Part shown: positions 8,642 through 19,431 of the stretch, one piece after another
Position numbering within the stretch: position 1 is the stretch's first letter
Layout: each line of letters begins with the position of its first letter
Source: Hyphomicrobiales bacterium
Lineage (GTDB): Bacteria; Eisenbacteria; RBG-16-71-46; SZUA-252
Direction of reading: 5' to 3'
Assembly: GCA_050257555.1 (NCBI GenBank)
Contig: JBLMXB010000178.1
Coordinates: 3,247-67,246, forward strand
DNA: 64,000 bases
Made by a program: the position numbers and the translations under genes
The notes under the pieces: model-generated
Told to the model about the DNA's origin: nothing
Seen by the model: the letters and a program-made list of their open reading frames with translations, nothing else
Databases searched by the model: none

Positions 8642-11422
8642 ATGAACGTGCCCCGGCTCTCCGTGCGCCCCGCCCTCGCGGGGCTCCTGGTTTTCGGCCT
8701 CCTCGGCGGCCCCGCCGCGACCGGCGTCGGCACGGCCTCGCGCGCGCTCGCGGCGGGCCTCCCCGCGCGGAGCACGGGAGACGTCCGGCCCCTCGGGGCC
8801 CAGGACCGCGCGGGCCGGGCCCCGGCCCTCAGCACGGCCGACACCATCACGGTCTTCCACGCCGACCTGGAGACGCTGTCGAGCCCGGGAAACGAAGGGG
8901 GCTGGACCCACGCCGACCAGTCCGGAATCCCGACCGCCTGGCACATCGCGCCCACGGTCGCCTGCCAGGGGAACGCGTTCTGGTGCGGGCTCACCGATTC
9001 GTCCTGGACGGGCGACCCCGACCGAAACGGCTACGCGAACAACTGGCGCCAGACCCTCATGAACTACGTCGACCTCACGAACGCGAACTCGCCCGTCAAG
9101 CTCTCGTTCAAGCAGACCATGAACCTCGAACCCGACTTCGACTACGGCACCGTCGAGGCGCTCGACCTCGTCGAAGGCTGGATCCCGCTCGCCACGTTCA
9201 CCGGGGCCATCCCGTCCGGCTCCGCCGCGTGCGACACGTTCACGGTGCAGATCCCGGACTCGATCATCGCGAAGTCGAGCACGGTCTACTTCCGGTTCGT
9301 GATGACGAGCGACACGCAGGGCTCCTCGGCGGACGGGCTCTACCCGGCGGCCAAGGGGTGGGCGGTCGACAACGTGACGGTGAAGGCCGGCCTGAACGAC
9401 ATCCGCTTCTTCGACGACTTCGAATCGGGACCCGGGACCTGGACCGTCTCCACGTTCCCGGCCGTCGGCGACTTCTGGCACATCGCGTCGGGGAGCTCCA
9501 TCTCGCAGCAGTGCATCACCAATACCTCGAAGGTCTGGACCCCGATCGGGTTCATCAGCGGGTCGCTGGTGCCCCGCATGAACGACGTGCTCGTCACGCC
9601 GACGGTCGCCGTGAGCAACGCGGACCAGGTCTTCTTCTCGTTCGACGTCTTCCGGGTGCTGCCGCTCGGCGCCTGCTACTACTACGGGTTCCAGTTCCGG
9701 ACGAGGAAGGTGGGGCTCCCGTGGTCCTCCTGGATCGACCCGACGGGGCTCCTCTACTTCGGCACCGAGGCGGAGTGGCTCCGGCAGACCGTCCCGCTGA
9801 CCGGCGCGGGCGGCGCGGACTCGCTCCAGGTCCGACTCTCCGTGAAGGACTACGCCGACGTCTTCTGCGACGGGGTTTCCGCGTCGAGCGGGACCGCGGT
9901 CTACTTCGACAACCTCGACGTGCGCGTGCTCGGCCTCGCGGGTCCCTCGCTCGCGACGTCCGAGACGAGCCTGTTCAACGACACGTTCCAGACCACGGCG
10001 TTCTTCGGGAACGACAACTTCAACACGCCGCGCGGCGACAGCACGGTCGTCTCGATCGGCGCGTCGCGCGGGCTCAAGTCGGCCTCGCTCTGGACGAGCC
10101 TGAACGGCGCGGCCTTCGTCTCGAGCCCGCTGACCGCGGTCGGCGCCGGCGCCCCGACCCTCTACTACGGCGACGTGGCGGCCGGGGCCTACCCGCGCGG
10201 GACCGACCTCCGCTACTACTTCAGCGCCACCGATTCCACCGACGCCGTCTCGACCCTCCCGGTCGACGCGCTCACGAACGGCAGTTATTTCCGAGCGACG
10301 ATCCTGCCCGCCGTCTTCACGCCGACCACGCCGTGTCCGACCGACAGCGCCCGCGTCCTCTACGTGAACGCGTACGCGTCGCCCACGGCCACGACCGCCG
10401 TCGACCAGAGCTTCGCCGCGCTCGGCGTCCGGTACGACCGGTACGACGTGAACGGCGCCGCGGCGGGTCTCGGCAATTCGCCGGGCGGCGGCGACCCGAA
10501 CGCGCTCGGCGCGATCTGGCCGGCGACGAGCGCCACGGCGCTCTCGGGGTACTCCGTGATCGTCTGGGATGTCGGCGACCGGTCGGCGTTCACGCTGAGC
10601 GCGCAGGACCAGACGCTCCTCCAGAGCTGGCTCGCGCTCGGCGGGCGGAATCGCGGTCTCCTCCTCGCGGGGGACAACCTCGCGTACGACCTGGTGGTGA
10701 ACGGCGCCGGCCTCGCGAACTTCCTGAACTGCACGATCGGGACGACGTACCTGCGCGACATCTGGGAGACGTCGCCGCAGGACAGCCTCACCCCGACGCT
10801 GACCGGCGCGGCCGGCACGAGGATCGCCTCCGAGCCGTTCGGGCTCGACGGCGACTGTCCGGGGCTCAACCGCTTCGACGGGCTCGCGGTCGCTCCGTGC
10901 GTCGGCGCGCAGGGGCGGAGCTGGCTCCTGTACCCGAACGGGGTCCTCGCGGCGACCGAGCGGACCGCGCCTTTGGGCACGGGCACCGACAGCGCCCGCG
11001 TGATCCCGCTCGGGTTCTCGCTCGCCACCATGACGAACACGGTCCGGAGGAACCTCTTCCTCTGGCGCACGGTCGTCGAGGAGATGAAGACCCCGTACTG
11101 CACGACCCCGACCGGGATCGAGGTCTCGCCGGCGGCGGTCCCGGCGGTGCCGCGCCTCGATCCGGCGATGCCGAACCCGTTCAACCCCGAGACCGTGATC
11201 GGCTTCTCGCTGCCTCGGGCGGCCCGCGCGACGCTCCGCGTCTACGACGTGCACGGCCGGCTCGTCCGCACGTTGGCGGACGGCGTGTTCGGTCCCGGCG
11301 ACCACCGGGTCCGCTGGGACGGCACGGACGGGGCCGGCCGGGCGGTCGGGAGCGGGGCCTATTTCGCCCGGCTGACGGCGGACGGGCGGAGCGAGGCGCG
11401 GAAGGTCGTCCTCTTGCGCTGA
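8642..11422 (+). CDS. Large secreted Cys-containing beta-rich protein with C-terminal FlgD-Ig/T9SS-like sorting domain
   Basis: Signal peptide; MAM/jelly-roll-like segments (FFDDFESG..W, W.VDNV); C-terminus PNPFNPET..F.LP...LRVYDVHGRLVRTL...WDGTD..G..V.SG.YF.RL. Confidence 0.8.
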   Translation: MNVPRLSVRPALAGLLVFGLLGGPAATGVGTASRALAAGLPARSTGDVRPLGAQDRAGRAPALSTADTITVFHADLETLSSPGNEGGWTHADQSGIPTAWHIAPTVACQGNAFWCGLTDSSWTGDPDRNGYANNWRQTLMNYVDLTNANSPVKLSFKQTMNLEPDFDYGTVEALDLVEGWIPLATFTGAIPSGSAACDTFTVQIPDSIIAKSSTVYFRFVMTSDTQGSSADGLYPAAKGWAVDNVTVKAGLNDIRFFDDFESGPGTWTVSTFPAVGDFWHIASGSSISQQCITNTSKVWTPIGFISGSLVPRMNDVLVTPTVAVSNADQVFFSFDVFRVLPLGACYYYGFQFRTRKVGLPWSSWIDPTGLLYFGTEAEWLRQTVPLTGAGGADSLQVRLSVKDYADVFCDGVSASSGTAVYFDNLDVRVLGLAGPSLATSETSLFNDTFQTTAFFGNDNFNTPRGDSTVVSIGASRGLKSASLWTSLNGAAFVSSPLTAVGAGAPTLYYGDVAAGAYPRGTDLRYYFSATDSTDAVSTLPVDALTNGSYFRATILPAVFTPTTPCPTDSARVLYVNAYASPTATTAVDQSFAALGVRYDRYDVNGAAAGLGNSPGGGDPNALGAIWPATSATALSGYSVIVWDVGDRSAFTLSAQDQTLLQSWLALGGRNRGLLLAGDNLAYDLVVNGAGLANFLNCTIGTTYLRDIWETSPQDSLTPTLTGAAGTRIASEPFGLDGDCPGLNRFDGLAVAPCVGAQGRSWLLYPNGVLAATERTAPLGTGTDSARVIPLGFSLATMTNTVRRNLFLWRTVVEEMKTPYCTTPTGIEVSPAAVPAVPRLDPAMPNPFNPETVIGFSLPRAARATLRVYDVHGRLVRTLADGVFGPGDHRVRWDGTDGAGRAVGSGAYFARLTADGRSEARKVVLLR

Positions 11423-11442
11423 CGGCCTCCCGGCCGTATAGT
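11414..11442 (+). promoter_or_regulatory. Sigma70-type promoter of the rib operon
   Basis: TTGCGC-N17-TATAGT directly upstream of the FMN riboswitch. Confidence 0.7.
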
Positions 11443-11457
11443 GATTCCACTGCAGAC

Positions 11458-11580
11458 ATCCTTCGGGGCGGGGTGAAAGTCCCCACCGGCGGTGAAAGCC
11501 CGCGAGCCCGAGGCCTCGGCCGACGGCAGGATCCGGTGAAATTCCGGAGCCGACAGTCACAGTCTGGATGGGAGAAGGAT
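11458..11580 (+). promoter_or_regulatory. FMN riboswitch (RFN element)
   Basis: ATCCTTCGGGGCGGGGTGAAAGTCCCCACCGGCGGT...AGCCCGCGAGC...GATCCGGTGAAATTCCGGAGCCGACAGT..AGTCTGGATGGGAGAAGGAT upstream of ribD. Confidence 0.97.
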
Positions 11581-11623
11581 GATCACGATGGGACGGAGTG
11601 CGCCCGGCCGCTCGGCCGGCGGC

Positions 11624-11658
11624 GCCCCGCGGGTGTCTGCCTGCGGGGTGATTTTTTT
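11624..11658 (+). terminator. Intrinsic terminator (riboswitch expression platform)
   Basis: GCCCCGCGGG-loop-CCTGCGGGGT stem followed by GA-T7. Confidence 0.8.
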
Positions 11659-11749
11659 GGGCATTCCACTCGAAACAGCCCTCGATTCGACGTCGCGGCC
11701 GCTTCGGCCGGAAGTCGAGGACGCCGTCTCCGCCGCCGAAGAGCGCGCC

Positions 11750-12841
11750 ATGGGCGAGGCGATCCGGTGGGCGCGACGGGGCGTCGGCACGACGCATCCG
11801 AATCCCCGCGTCGGCGCCGTGGTGCTCCGCGCGGGCCGCGTGATCGCGCGCGGGTTCCACGAGCGCGCGGGCGAGGCCCACGCCGAGATCCGCGCCCTCG
11901 ACGCGGCCGGCGGGGACGCCGCGGGGGCGACGCTGGTCGTCACGCTCGAGCCGTGCGCGCACTTCGGCCGGACCCCGCCCTGCACCGACGCGATCCTCGC
12001 CGCCGGCATCCGCCGCGTGGTCGTCGGGATGCTCGACCCGAACCCGCTCGTGAACGGGCGGGGCGCGGCGCGGCTCCGCGCCGCGGGGCTCGACGTGATC
12101 GTCGGCGTCCGCGAGACGGAATGCCGGGCGCTCAATCCCCCCTATCTCAAGCGGCTCGCGACGGGGCTCCCGTTCGTCACGCTGAAGGCGATGGCCTCCC
12201 TCGACGGCCGGATCGCGACCGACGGCGGCGAATCGCGCGGCTTGGGCGGCCCGGAGGAGCAGCGTCGCGTCCACCGGCTCCGCGCGGAGAACGACGCCGT
12301 GGTGGTCGGCATCGAGACGGCGCTCCGGGACGATCCGCTCCTCACCGTGCGGCTCGTCCGCGGACGGCAACCGCTCCGCCTCGTGCTCGACGACCGGCTC
12401 CGCCTCCCGGTCGCCTCGCGCCTCGTCGCCTCGGCGGAGACGGCTCCCCTCGCGGTCGCGACGGTGGCCGACGACCCGGACCGGGCGGCGGCGCTCGCGT
12501 CGCGCGGCGTCCGCGTCTGGACGTTCGCGCCCGGCGCGGATGGACGCGTCCCCCTCGAGCCGCTCCTCCGCCGGCTCTCCGAGGAAGGGAGGGACGCCGT
12601 GCTGGTCGAGGGGGGCGCGACGGTGCACACGTCGTTCCTCCGGGCCGGTCTCGCCGACCGCGTGGCGATCGGGCTCGCGCCGCTCCTCCTGGGCGGCGTC
12701 GGCGCCCCCGCCTTCACGCGCGATCTCGGTCTCGGCGCCGTGGCCGACGGCATCCGGATCGACGACCTGACCGTGCGGCGTCTCGGGAAGGACGTCTGGC
12801 TCGAGGGGCGGATCGCCCCCGCGGGAGGCGGCGATGTTTAG
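11750..12841 (+). CDS. ribD: Bifunctional riboflavin deaminase/reductase RibD
   Basis: THPNPRVGAV, HAE, VTLEPCAHFGRTPPC, KAMASLDG, DDPLLTVR, VLVEGG; ATG 11750 chosen, the true start may be slightly upstream. Confidence 0.93.
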   Translation: MGEAIRWARRGVGTTHPNPRVGAVVLRAGRVIARGFHERAGEAHAEIRALDAAGGDAAGATLVVTLEPCAHFGRTPPCTDAILAAGIRRVVVGMLDPNPLVNGRGAARLRAAGLDVIVGVRETECRALNPPYLKRLATGLPFVTLKAMASLDGRIATDGGESRGLGGPEEQRRVHRLRAENDAVVVGIETALRDDPLLTVRLVRGRQPLRLVLDDRLRLPVASRLVASAETAPLAVATVADDPDRAAALASRGVRVWTFAPGADGRVPLEPLLRRLSEEGRDAVLVEGGATVHTSFLRAGLADRVAIGLAPLLLGGVGAPAFTRDLGLGAVADGIRIDDLTVRRLGKDVWLEGRIAPAGGGDV

Positions 12842-13471
12842 CGGCATCGTCGAGCGGGTCGGCGCCGTCCACGCCGTGACGCCCCGCGAGGGGGGCACGG
12901 CGCTCCGGATCCGCGCCGCCTTCGGCGCGGGACGCCGTCCCGAGCCCGGCGCGAGCGTGGCCGTGAACGGCGTCTGCCTCACGGTCGAGCGCGCCGACGA
13001 GGAGGGGTTCGACGTCTTCGCCATCCCCGAGACGCTCCGGCGGACCACGCTCGGCGCGCTCGCACCGGGGGACCGGGTGAACCTGGAGCGCGCGCTCCGG
13101 GTCGGCGACGAGCTCGGCGGCCACTGGGTCCAGGGACACGTCGACGACGCCGGGGTCGTCGCCTCGGTGACGCGCGCCGGCACGGACGTGATCGTCGGGA
13201 TCGAGACGCCCGCGCCCTTGCTCCGCTTCGTCGCGGTCAAGGGATCGATCGCGGTGGACGGGACGAGCCTCACGGTGGCCGGGATCGAAGGTCCGGTCTT
13301 CACCGTGGCGCTGATCCCGTACACGCTCGCGAACACCGTCAGCGGCGCGTACGCGCCCGGGGTCCGCGTGAATCTGGAAGTCGACCTGATCGCCCGCTAC
13401 CTCGAGCGGCTCCTGCCCGGCGACCCCGCCGCGGCCGGCGCCGGGGCGGCGGGGATCGTCGGGAGGAACCG

Positions 13472-13475
<4 letters not shown>
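12834..13475 (+). CDS. ribE: Riboflavin synthase
   Basis: [53 protein letters not shown]. Confidence 0.95.
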
Positions 13476-15284
<1,809 letters not shown>

Positions 15285-15288
<4 letters not shown>

Positions 15289-15701
15289 AGCCGAAGCGCG
15301 AGGCGCGCGAGATCGCGTTCCGGGCCTGCTACCAGGCCGACGTCACGGGCGAGCCGCTCGAGCGCTGCCTGGCCGAGATCCTCGAGGACGTCGCGCCCGC
15401 GGAGGAGGTGCGCCGCTTCGCGGCCGCGCTCGTCGGGAGCGTCGCGCGGCACCGCGAGGAGATCGACGACTCCGTCGCGCGCATCGCGACCAACTGGCCG
15501 CTCGCGCGCATGGCCGCCACGGACCGCTCCGTGATCCGCCTCGCCGCCGCGGAGCTCCTCTTCCACCCCGAGACGCCGACCCGCGTGGCGCTCGACGAGG
15601 CGATCGAGATCGCGAAGAAATACGGCATGGAGACGTCCGGCGCGTTCGTGAACGGAATCCTTGACCGGATCGCCCACGAAGCGCGACCCTCCCTCGGATG
15701 A
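15285..15701 (+). CDS. nusB: Transcription antitermination factor NusB
   Basis: KREARE..F...YQ, NW...RM...DR..IRL, VALDEAIEIAKKYG, FVNGILD; follows ribH. Confidence 0.95.
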
Positions 15702-16423
15702 CCACGATCCTCTTCTCCGACATCCACGCGAACCTCGAGGCGCTCGAGGCCGTGTTGCGGGAGGTCGACGCCCGGCGGCCGGACCGCCTCGTCTGCCTCG
15801 GCGACATCGTCGGCTACGGCGCGAGCCCGAACGAGTGCCTCGACCTCGTGCGGAAGCGCTGCGACGTCGTGCTGCTCGGCAACCACGACGCCGCGTCGAG
15901 CGGCGGGCCGGAGGCCGCGCGGTTCAACGTCTACGCGCGCGTCGCGGCCGAGTGGACCGCGAAGACGCTCACGCGCGACAACCGGGAGTTCCTGCAGAAG
16001 CTCCCGCTCACGGCGTCCGAGGACGGCTACTTCTGCGTGCACGCGTCGCCGGCCACGCCACGCGACTGGGAGTATCTGCTCGACCGGTTCGACGCCGAGC
16101 CGCAGTTCGCCTACTTCACCGAGCCCGTCTGCTTCATCGGCCACACGCACCAGCCGGCCGCGTTCCAGGCCGACCCCGGCGGCACGCGGCAGCTCGCGCT
16201 CGCGGGGCTAAGGCTCGACGCCAAGCGCCGCTACATCCTCAACGTCGGGAGCGTCGGCCAGCCGCGCGACCGCGACCCGCGCGCCTGCTTCGTCGTGCTC
16301 CACGACGGATCCGGCGAGGTGGAGTACGTCCGCGTGCCGTACGACGTCGAGGCGGCGCAGGCCAAGATCCGGGCCGTGCACCTGCCCGAGGTCCTGGCGA
16401 CCCGACTCGCCACGGGGGAATAG
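15698..16423 (+). CDS. Metallophosphoesterase (calcineurin-like)
   Basis: SDIHAN, GDIVGYG, GNHD, HASP, GHTH, NVGSVGQPRD. Confidence 0.92.
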   Translation: MTTILFSDIHANLEALEAVLREVDARRPDRLVCLGDIVGYGASPNECLDLVRKRCDVVLLGNHDAASSGGPEAARFNVYARVAAEWTAKTLTRDNREFLQKLPLTASEDGYFCVHASPATPRDWEYLLDRFDAEPQFAYFTEPVCFIGHTHQPAAFQADPGGTRQLALAGLRLDAKRRYILNVGSVGQPRDRDPRACFVVLHDGSGEVEYVRVPYDVEAAQAKIRAVHLPEVLATRLATGE

Positions 16424-16430
16424 CGGCCGC

Positions 16431-17228
16431 GTGCGGGCGTCCACCGAAGCACACTGGTCCCGCTTCTGGCGGGAGCGGTCGGACATCGACGCGGTCTATC
16501 CCACCGACGGACGCGTGGTGGAGCAGATCCGCGCGCAGGGTCCCGTCGCCGGCCGCCGCGTCCTCGAGGTCGGCGCGGGGAGCGGGCGCGACGTGATCGC
16601 CCTCGCCGCGGAGGGCGCCGTCGCGGTGGTCCTCGACTACTCCGCCGCGTCCCTCGAGGTCGCGCGGGGCGTGGCCGCGCGCGAGGGACGGAAGGCGCTC
16701 CTCGTGCGGGCCGACGCGCTCCGCCTCCCGTTCCGCGACGGGACGTTCGACGTCGTGTTCCACCAGGGGCTGCTCGAGCACTTCCGCGACCCGATGCCGC
16801 TCCTCCGCGAGAACGTCCGCGCGCTCGCGGAAGGCGGCACGCTGCTCGTCGACGTGCCGCAGCGGTACCACCTCTACACGCTCCTCAAGCACGCGCTGAT
16901 CTCGATGGGGAAGTGGTTCGCAGGATGGGAGACCGAGTTCTCGATCGGCGAGCTGACCCGGCTCATGGAGCGCGCGGGCGTCCGGATCACCCGCCGGTAC
17001 GGCGCGTGGATGGTGCCCGGGCTCTTCTATCGCGGCCTCCGGGTCGCGCTCCTGAAGCTCCGTCTCGCCCGCCTGCCGCTCTACCCGCCCCCCGTTCCGC
17101 TCCTCTCCCCGGTCCTCGCCGCCTGGCGCCGGCTCTGGGAGGGGACCCCGATCGCGTTCCGCACGTACTTCGTGATCGGGGCGCTCGGGCGGAAGGAGGG
17201 GCCCGCCGGAGGCGGGGGCGCCGGGTGA
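16431..17228 (+). CDS. Class I SAM-dependent methyltransferase
   Basis: VLEVGAGSG, VLDYS, ADALRLPFRDGTFDVV, LLEHF. Confidence 0.9.
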   Translation: MRASTEAHWSRFWRERSDIDAVYPTDGRVVEQIRAQGPVAGRRVLEVGAGSGRDVIALAAEGAVAVVLDYSAASLEVARGVAAREGRKALLVRADALRLPFRDGTFDVVFHQGLLEHFRDPMPLLRENVRALAEGGTLLVDVPQRYHLYTLLKHALISMGKWFAGWETEFSIGELTRLMERAGVRITRRYGAWMVPGLFYRGLRVALLKLRLARLPLYPPPVPLLSPVLAAWRRLWEGTPIAFRTYFVIGALGRKEGPAGGGGAG

Positions 17229-18343
17229 GGATCGTCGCCTTCAACTGGCGGGACCCGCGGCATCCCGAGGCCGGGGGGGCCGAGCTCCAGCTCTTCGAGA
17301 TCCTCCGACGCGCGGTCCGGGACGGCGACGAAGCCCTCTGGCTGGCCGAGCGCTTCCCCGGGGCCCCCGAAACGGACCTGATCGAGGGCATCCGGGTTCA
17401 TCGGGGGGGAACGTGGTACAATGCGCACCTTTCGCTGGGCTCCCTCTATCGCCGCGTGTACCGGAAGGAGCGGTTCGATCTGGTCCTCGACAACATCAAC
17501 AAGGTCCCCTTCTTCACGCCGCTCTACGCCGGGGCGCCGGTGCTGGCGATGGTCCCGCACCTCTTCGGAGGGACGGTCTTCCGGGAGGCCTCGCTGCCGG
17601 TCGGGCTCCTCGTCCGGGCGCACGAGCTGATGATCCCCGCCGTCTACCGCCGCACGCCGTTCCTGACGATCTCCGACAGCACGCGCGACGATCTGGTCCG
17701 CCGCGGCATCGCACGCGAGCGGATCGCGGTCGTCCGCTGCGGCCTCACGCAGGAGGACTACGGCGTCTCGGTCCCGCCGGAGCGGCGGGACGCGCCGCGC
17801 GTCGTCTTCCTCGGGCGGCTCCGGAAGTACAAGGGGGCCCAGCACGCGATCCGGGCTCTGCCGCACGTGCGCGCGACGGTGCCGGACGCGGTGCTCGACG
17901 TCGTGGGCGACGGGCCGTACCGGCCGGAGCTCGAGCGGCTCGCGCGCGCGCTCGGCGTGGCCGACGCGGTCCGCTTCCGGGGCGCCCTGCCGCACGCCGG
18001 GAAGGTCGCCGCGCTGAACGAGGCGCAGGTCGCCGTCTGCCCCTCGCCGAAGGAAGGGTGGGGGCTCACGGTGATCGAGGCGAACGCGTGCGGCGTGCCG
18101 GTCGTCGCGAGCCGGAGCCCCGGGCTGGTCGAGTCCGTCCGGGACGGCGAGACCGGATTCCTCGTGCCGCACGGCGACGCGCGCGCGCTCGCCGACGGCG
18201 TGGTCCGGCTCCTCACCGATCGCGATCTCCGCCTCCGCCAGGCGGCCGCCGCGCGGGCGTGGGCCGCGCGATTCGACTGGGAGACCTGCTACCGCGAGAG
18301 CCGCGCCGTCATGGCGCGGGCGGCGGCGGGACGCGCGGCGTGA
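17225..18343 (+). CDS. Glycosyltransferase family 4
   Basis: WRDPRHPEAGGAE, FLGRLRKYKG, PSPKEGWGLTVIEANACG; GTG overlaps the upstream stop. Confidence 0.92.
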   Translation: MRIVAFNWRDPRHPEAGGAELQLFEILRRAVRDGDEALWLAERFPGAPETDLIEGIRVHRGGTWYNAHLSLGSLYRRVYRKERFDLVLDNINKVPFFTPLYAGAPVLAMVPHLFGGTVFREASLPVGLLVRAHELMIPAVYRRTPFLTISDSTRDDLVRRGIARERIAVVRCGLTQEDYGVSVPPERRDAPRVVFLGRLRKYKGAQHAIRALPHVRATVPDAVLDVVGDGPYRPELERLARALGVADAVRFRGALPHAGKVAALNEAQVAVCPSPKEGWGLTVIEANACGVPVVASRSPGLVESVRDGETGFLVPHGDARALADGVVRLLTDRDLRLRQAAAARAWAARFDWETCYRESRAVMARAAAGRAA

Positions 18344-19431
18344 CCGTCGACGAGAGCCGCGACCTGATCGGCGCGATCGCGGAGGACGCGGGCGCCGGGC
18401 AGGCCGGATCGTTCTTCCGGCGGCACAAGGTCCTCCTGATCGCGCTCAAGATCCTCCTCTCCCTGGCCCTCTTCACGTTCGTCGTGGCCAAGGTCTCGCC
18501 CGGGAACGTCTGGGCGACGGCGCGCCCGGCCGACCCCGCCCTCCTCGGCGCGGCGGCGTCCCTCTTCCTCCTGTCGAGCCTCGTCGGGAGCTGGCTCTGG
18601 GGGACGCTCCTCCGCGCGCAGGGGGTCGCGATCCCGTACCGGAAGGCGGCCTCGTACTACTTCGTCGGGCTCTTCTTCAACAACTTCCTGCCGTCGAACA
18701 TCGGCGGCGACATCGCGCGCATCTCCGACGCGCGGAAGCACGCCGACCGCGTCACGTCGGTCTTCTCCGCGACGCTGATGGACCGGATGATCGGCGTCCT
18801 CGCGATCGGCTTCGTGGCCGTGATCGCCTCGTTCGCCGCGCTCGACCGCTTCCGCCTCTACGCGATCTACACCGCCGTGTTCCTCGTCTTCGCGTTCAGC
18901 GTCGGCGTCTTCCTCGCGATCTTCCACCGCGGCGTGCTCATGGCCGTCGAGTGGCCGTTCCGGGCCGTCGGGGCGCGGGCGGTCGCCGCCTCGATCGGGC
19001 GGCTGATGGACGACCTCCACGGCTTCCGGAGCCACGCGGGCGCGCTCGCGATCGCGTTCCTGGCGTCGACCGTGGTGCAGATCAGCCGGATCTACGTCCA
19101 CTACCTGGTCGGCCTCGCGCTCGGGGTGCGGATCGCCGTCGGCTATTATTTCCTGTTCGTGCCGGTCCTGGCGGCGCTCGTCTCGCTCCCGATCTCGATG
19201 AACGGCCTCGGCGTGCGCGAGGGGGCGGCCGTGGTGCTCTTCCAGATGGCGGGGCTCACCCGCGAGCAGTCGTTCACCATTCCGTTCCTGACGTACCTGG
19301 TGTCGGTCTTCATCAGCCTGCTGGGCGGCCTGATCTTCGTCAGCCGGCCGCCGCGGCGCGCGATCGCGCGGCACTTCGAGCGGCGACGCGCGGCGCGGGC
19401 GGCGGACCCCGGCGGGGAGAGGAGAACGTGA
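18340..19431 (+). CDS. Lysylphosphatidylglycerol synthase TM-domain (UPF0104) flippase-like membrane protein
   Basis: Multiple TM helices; YFVGLFFNNFLPSNIGGD.AR, DR..G, LPISMNGLGVREG. Confidence 0.85.
   Translation: MTVDESRDLIGAIAEDAGAGQAGSFFRRHKVLLIALKILLSLALFTFVVAKVSPGNVWATARPADPALLGAAASLFLLSSLVGSWLWGTLLRAQGVAIPYRKAASYYFVGLFFNNFLPSNIGGDIARISDARKHADRVTSVFSATLMDRMIGVLAIGFVAVIASFAALDRFRLYAIYTAVFLVFAFSVGVFLAIFHRGVLMAVEWPFRAVGARAVAASIGRLMDDLHGFRSHAGALAIAFLASTVVQISRIYVHYLVGLALGVRIAVGYYFLFVPVLAALVSLPISMNGLGVREGAAVVLFQMAGLTREQSFTIPFLTYLVSVFISLLGGLIFVSRPPRRAIARHFERRRAARAADPGGERRT

Noticed and set aside
11579-11749. N-terminal extension of RibD in the ORF track
   Set aside because: It runs through the riboswitch expression platform and terminator
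8450-13336. Very long alternative-frame and antisense ORFs (1628 aa here; also 3402..6776, 19146..22040, 43647..46598 and others)
   Set aside because: Arg/Gly/Pro-rich shadow frames of real genes, expected at this GC content, with no domain motifs
17414-17422. TGGTACAAT extended -10 inside the GT4 gene
   Set aside because: Explained by Trp-Tyr-Asn codons; no -35 and far from the next start
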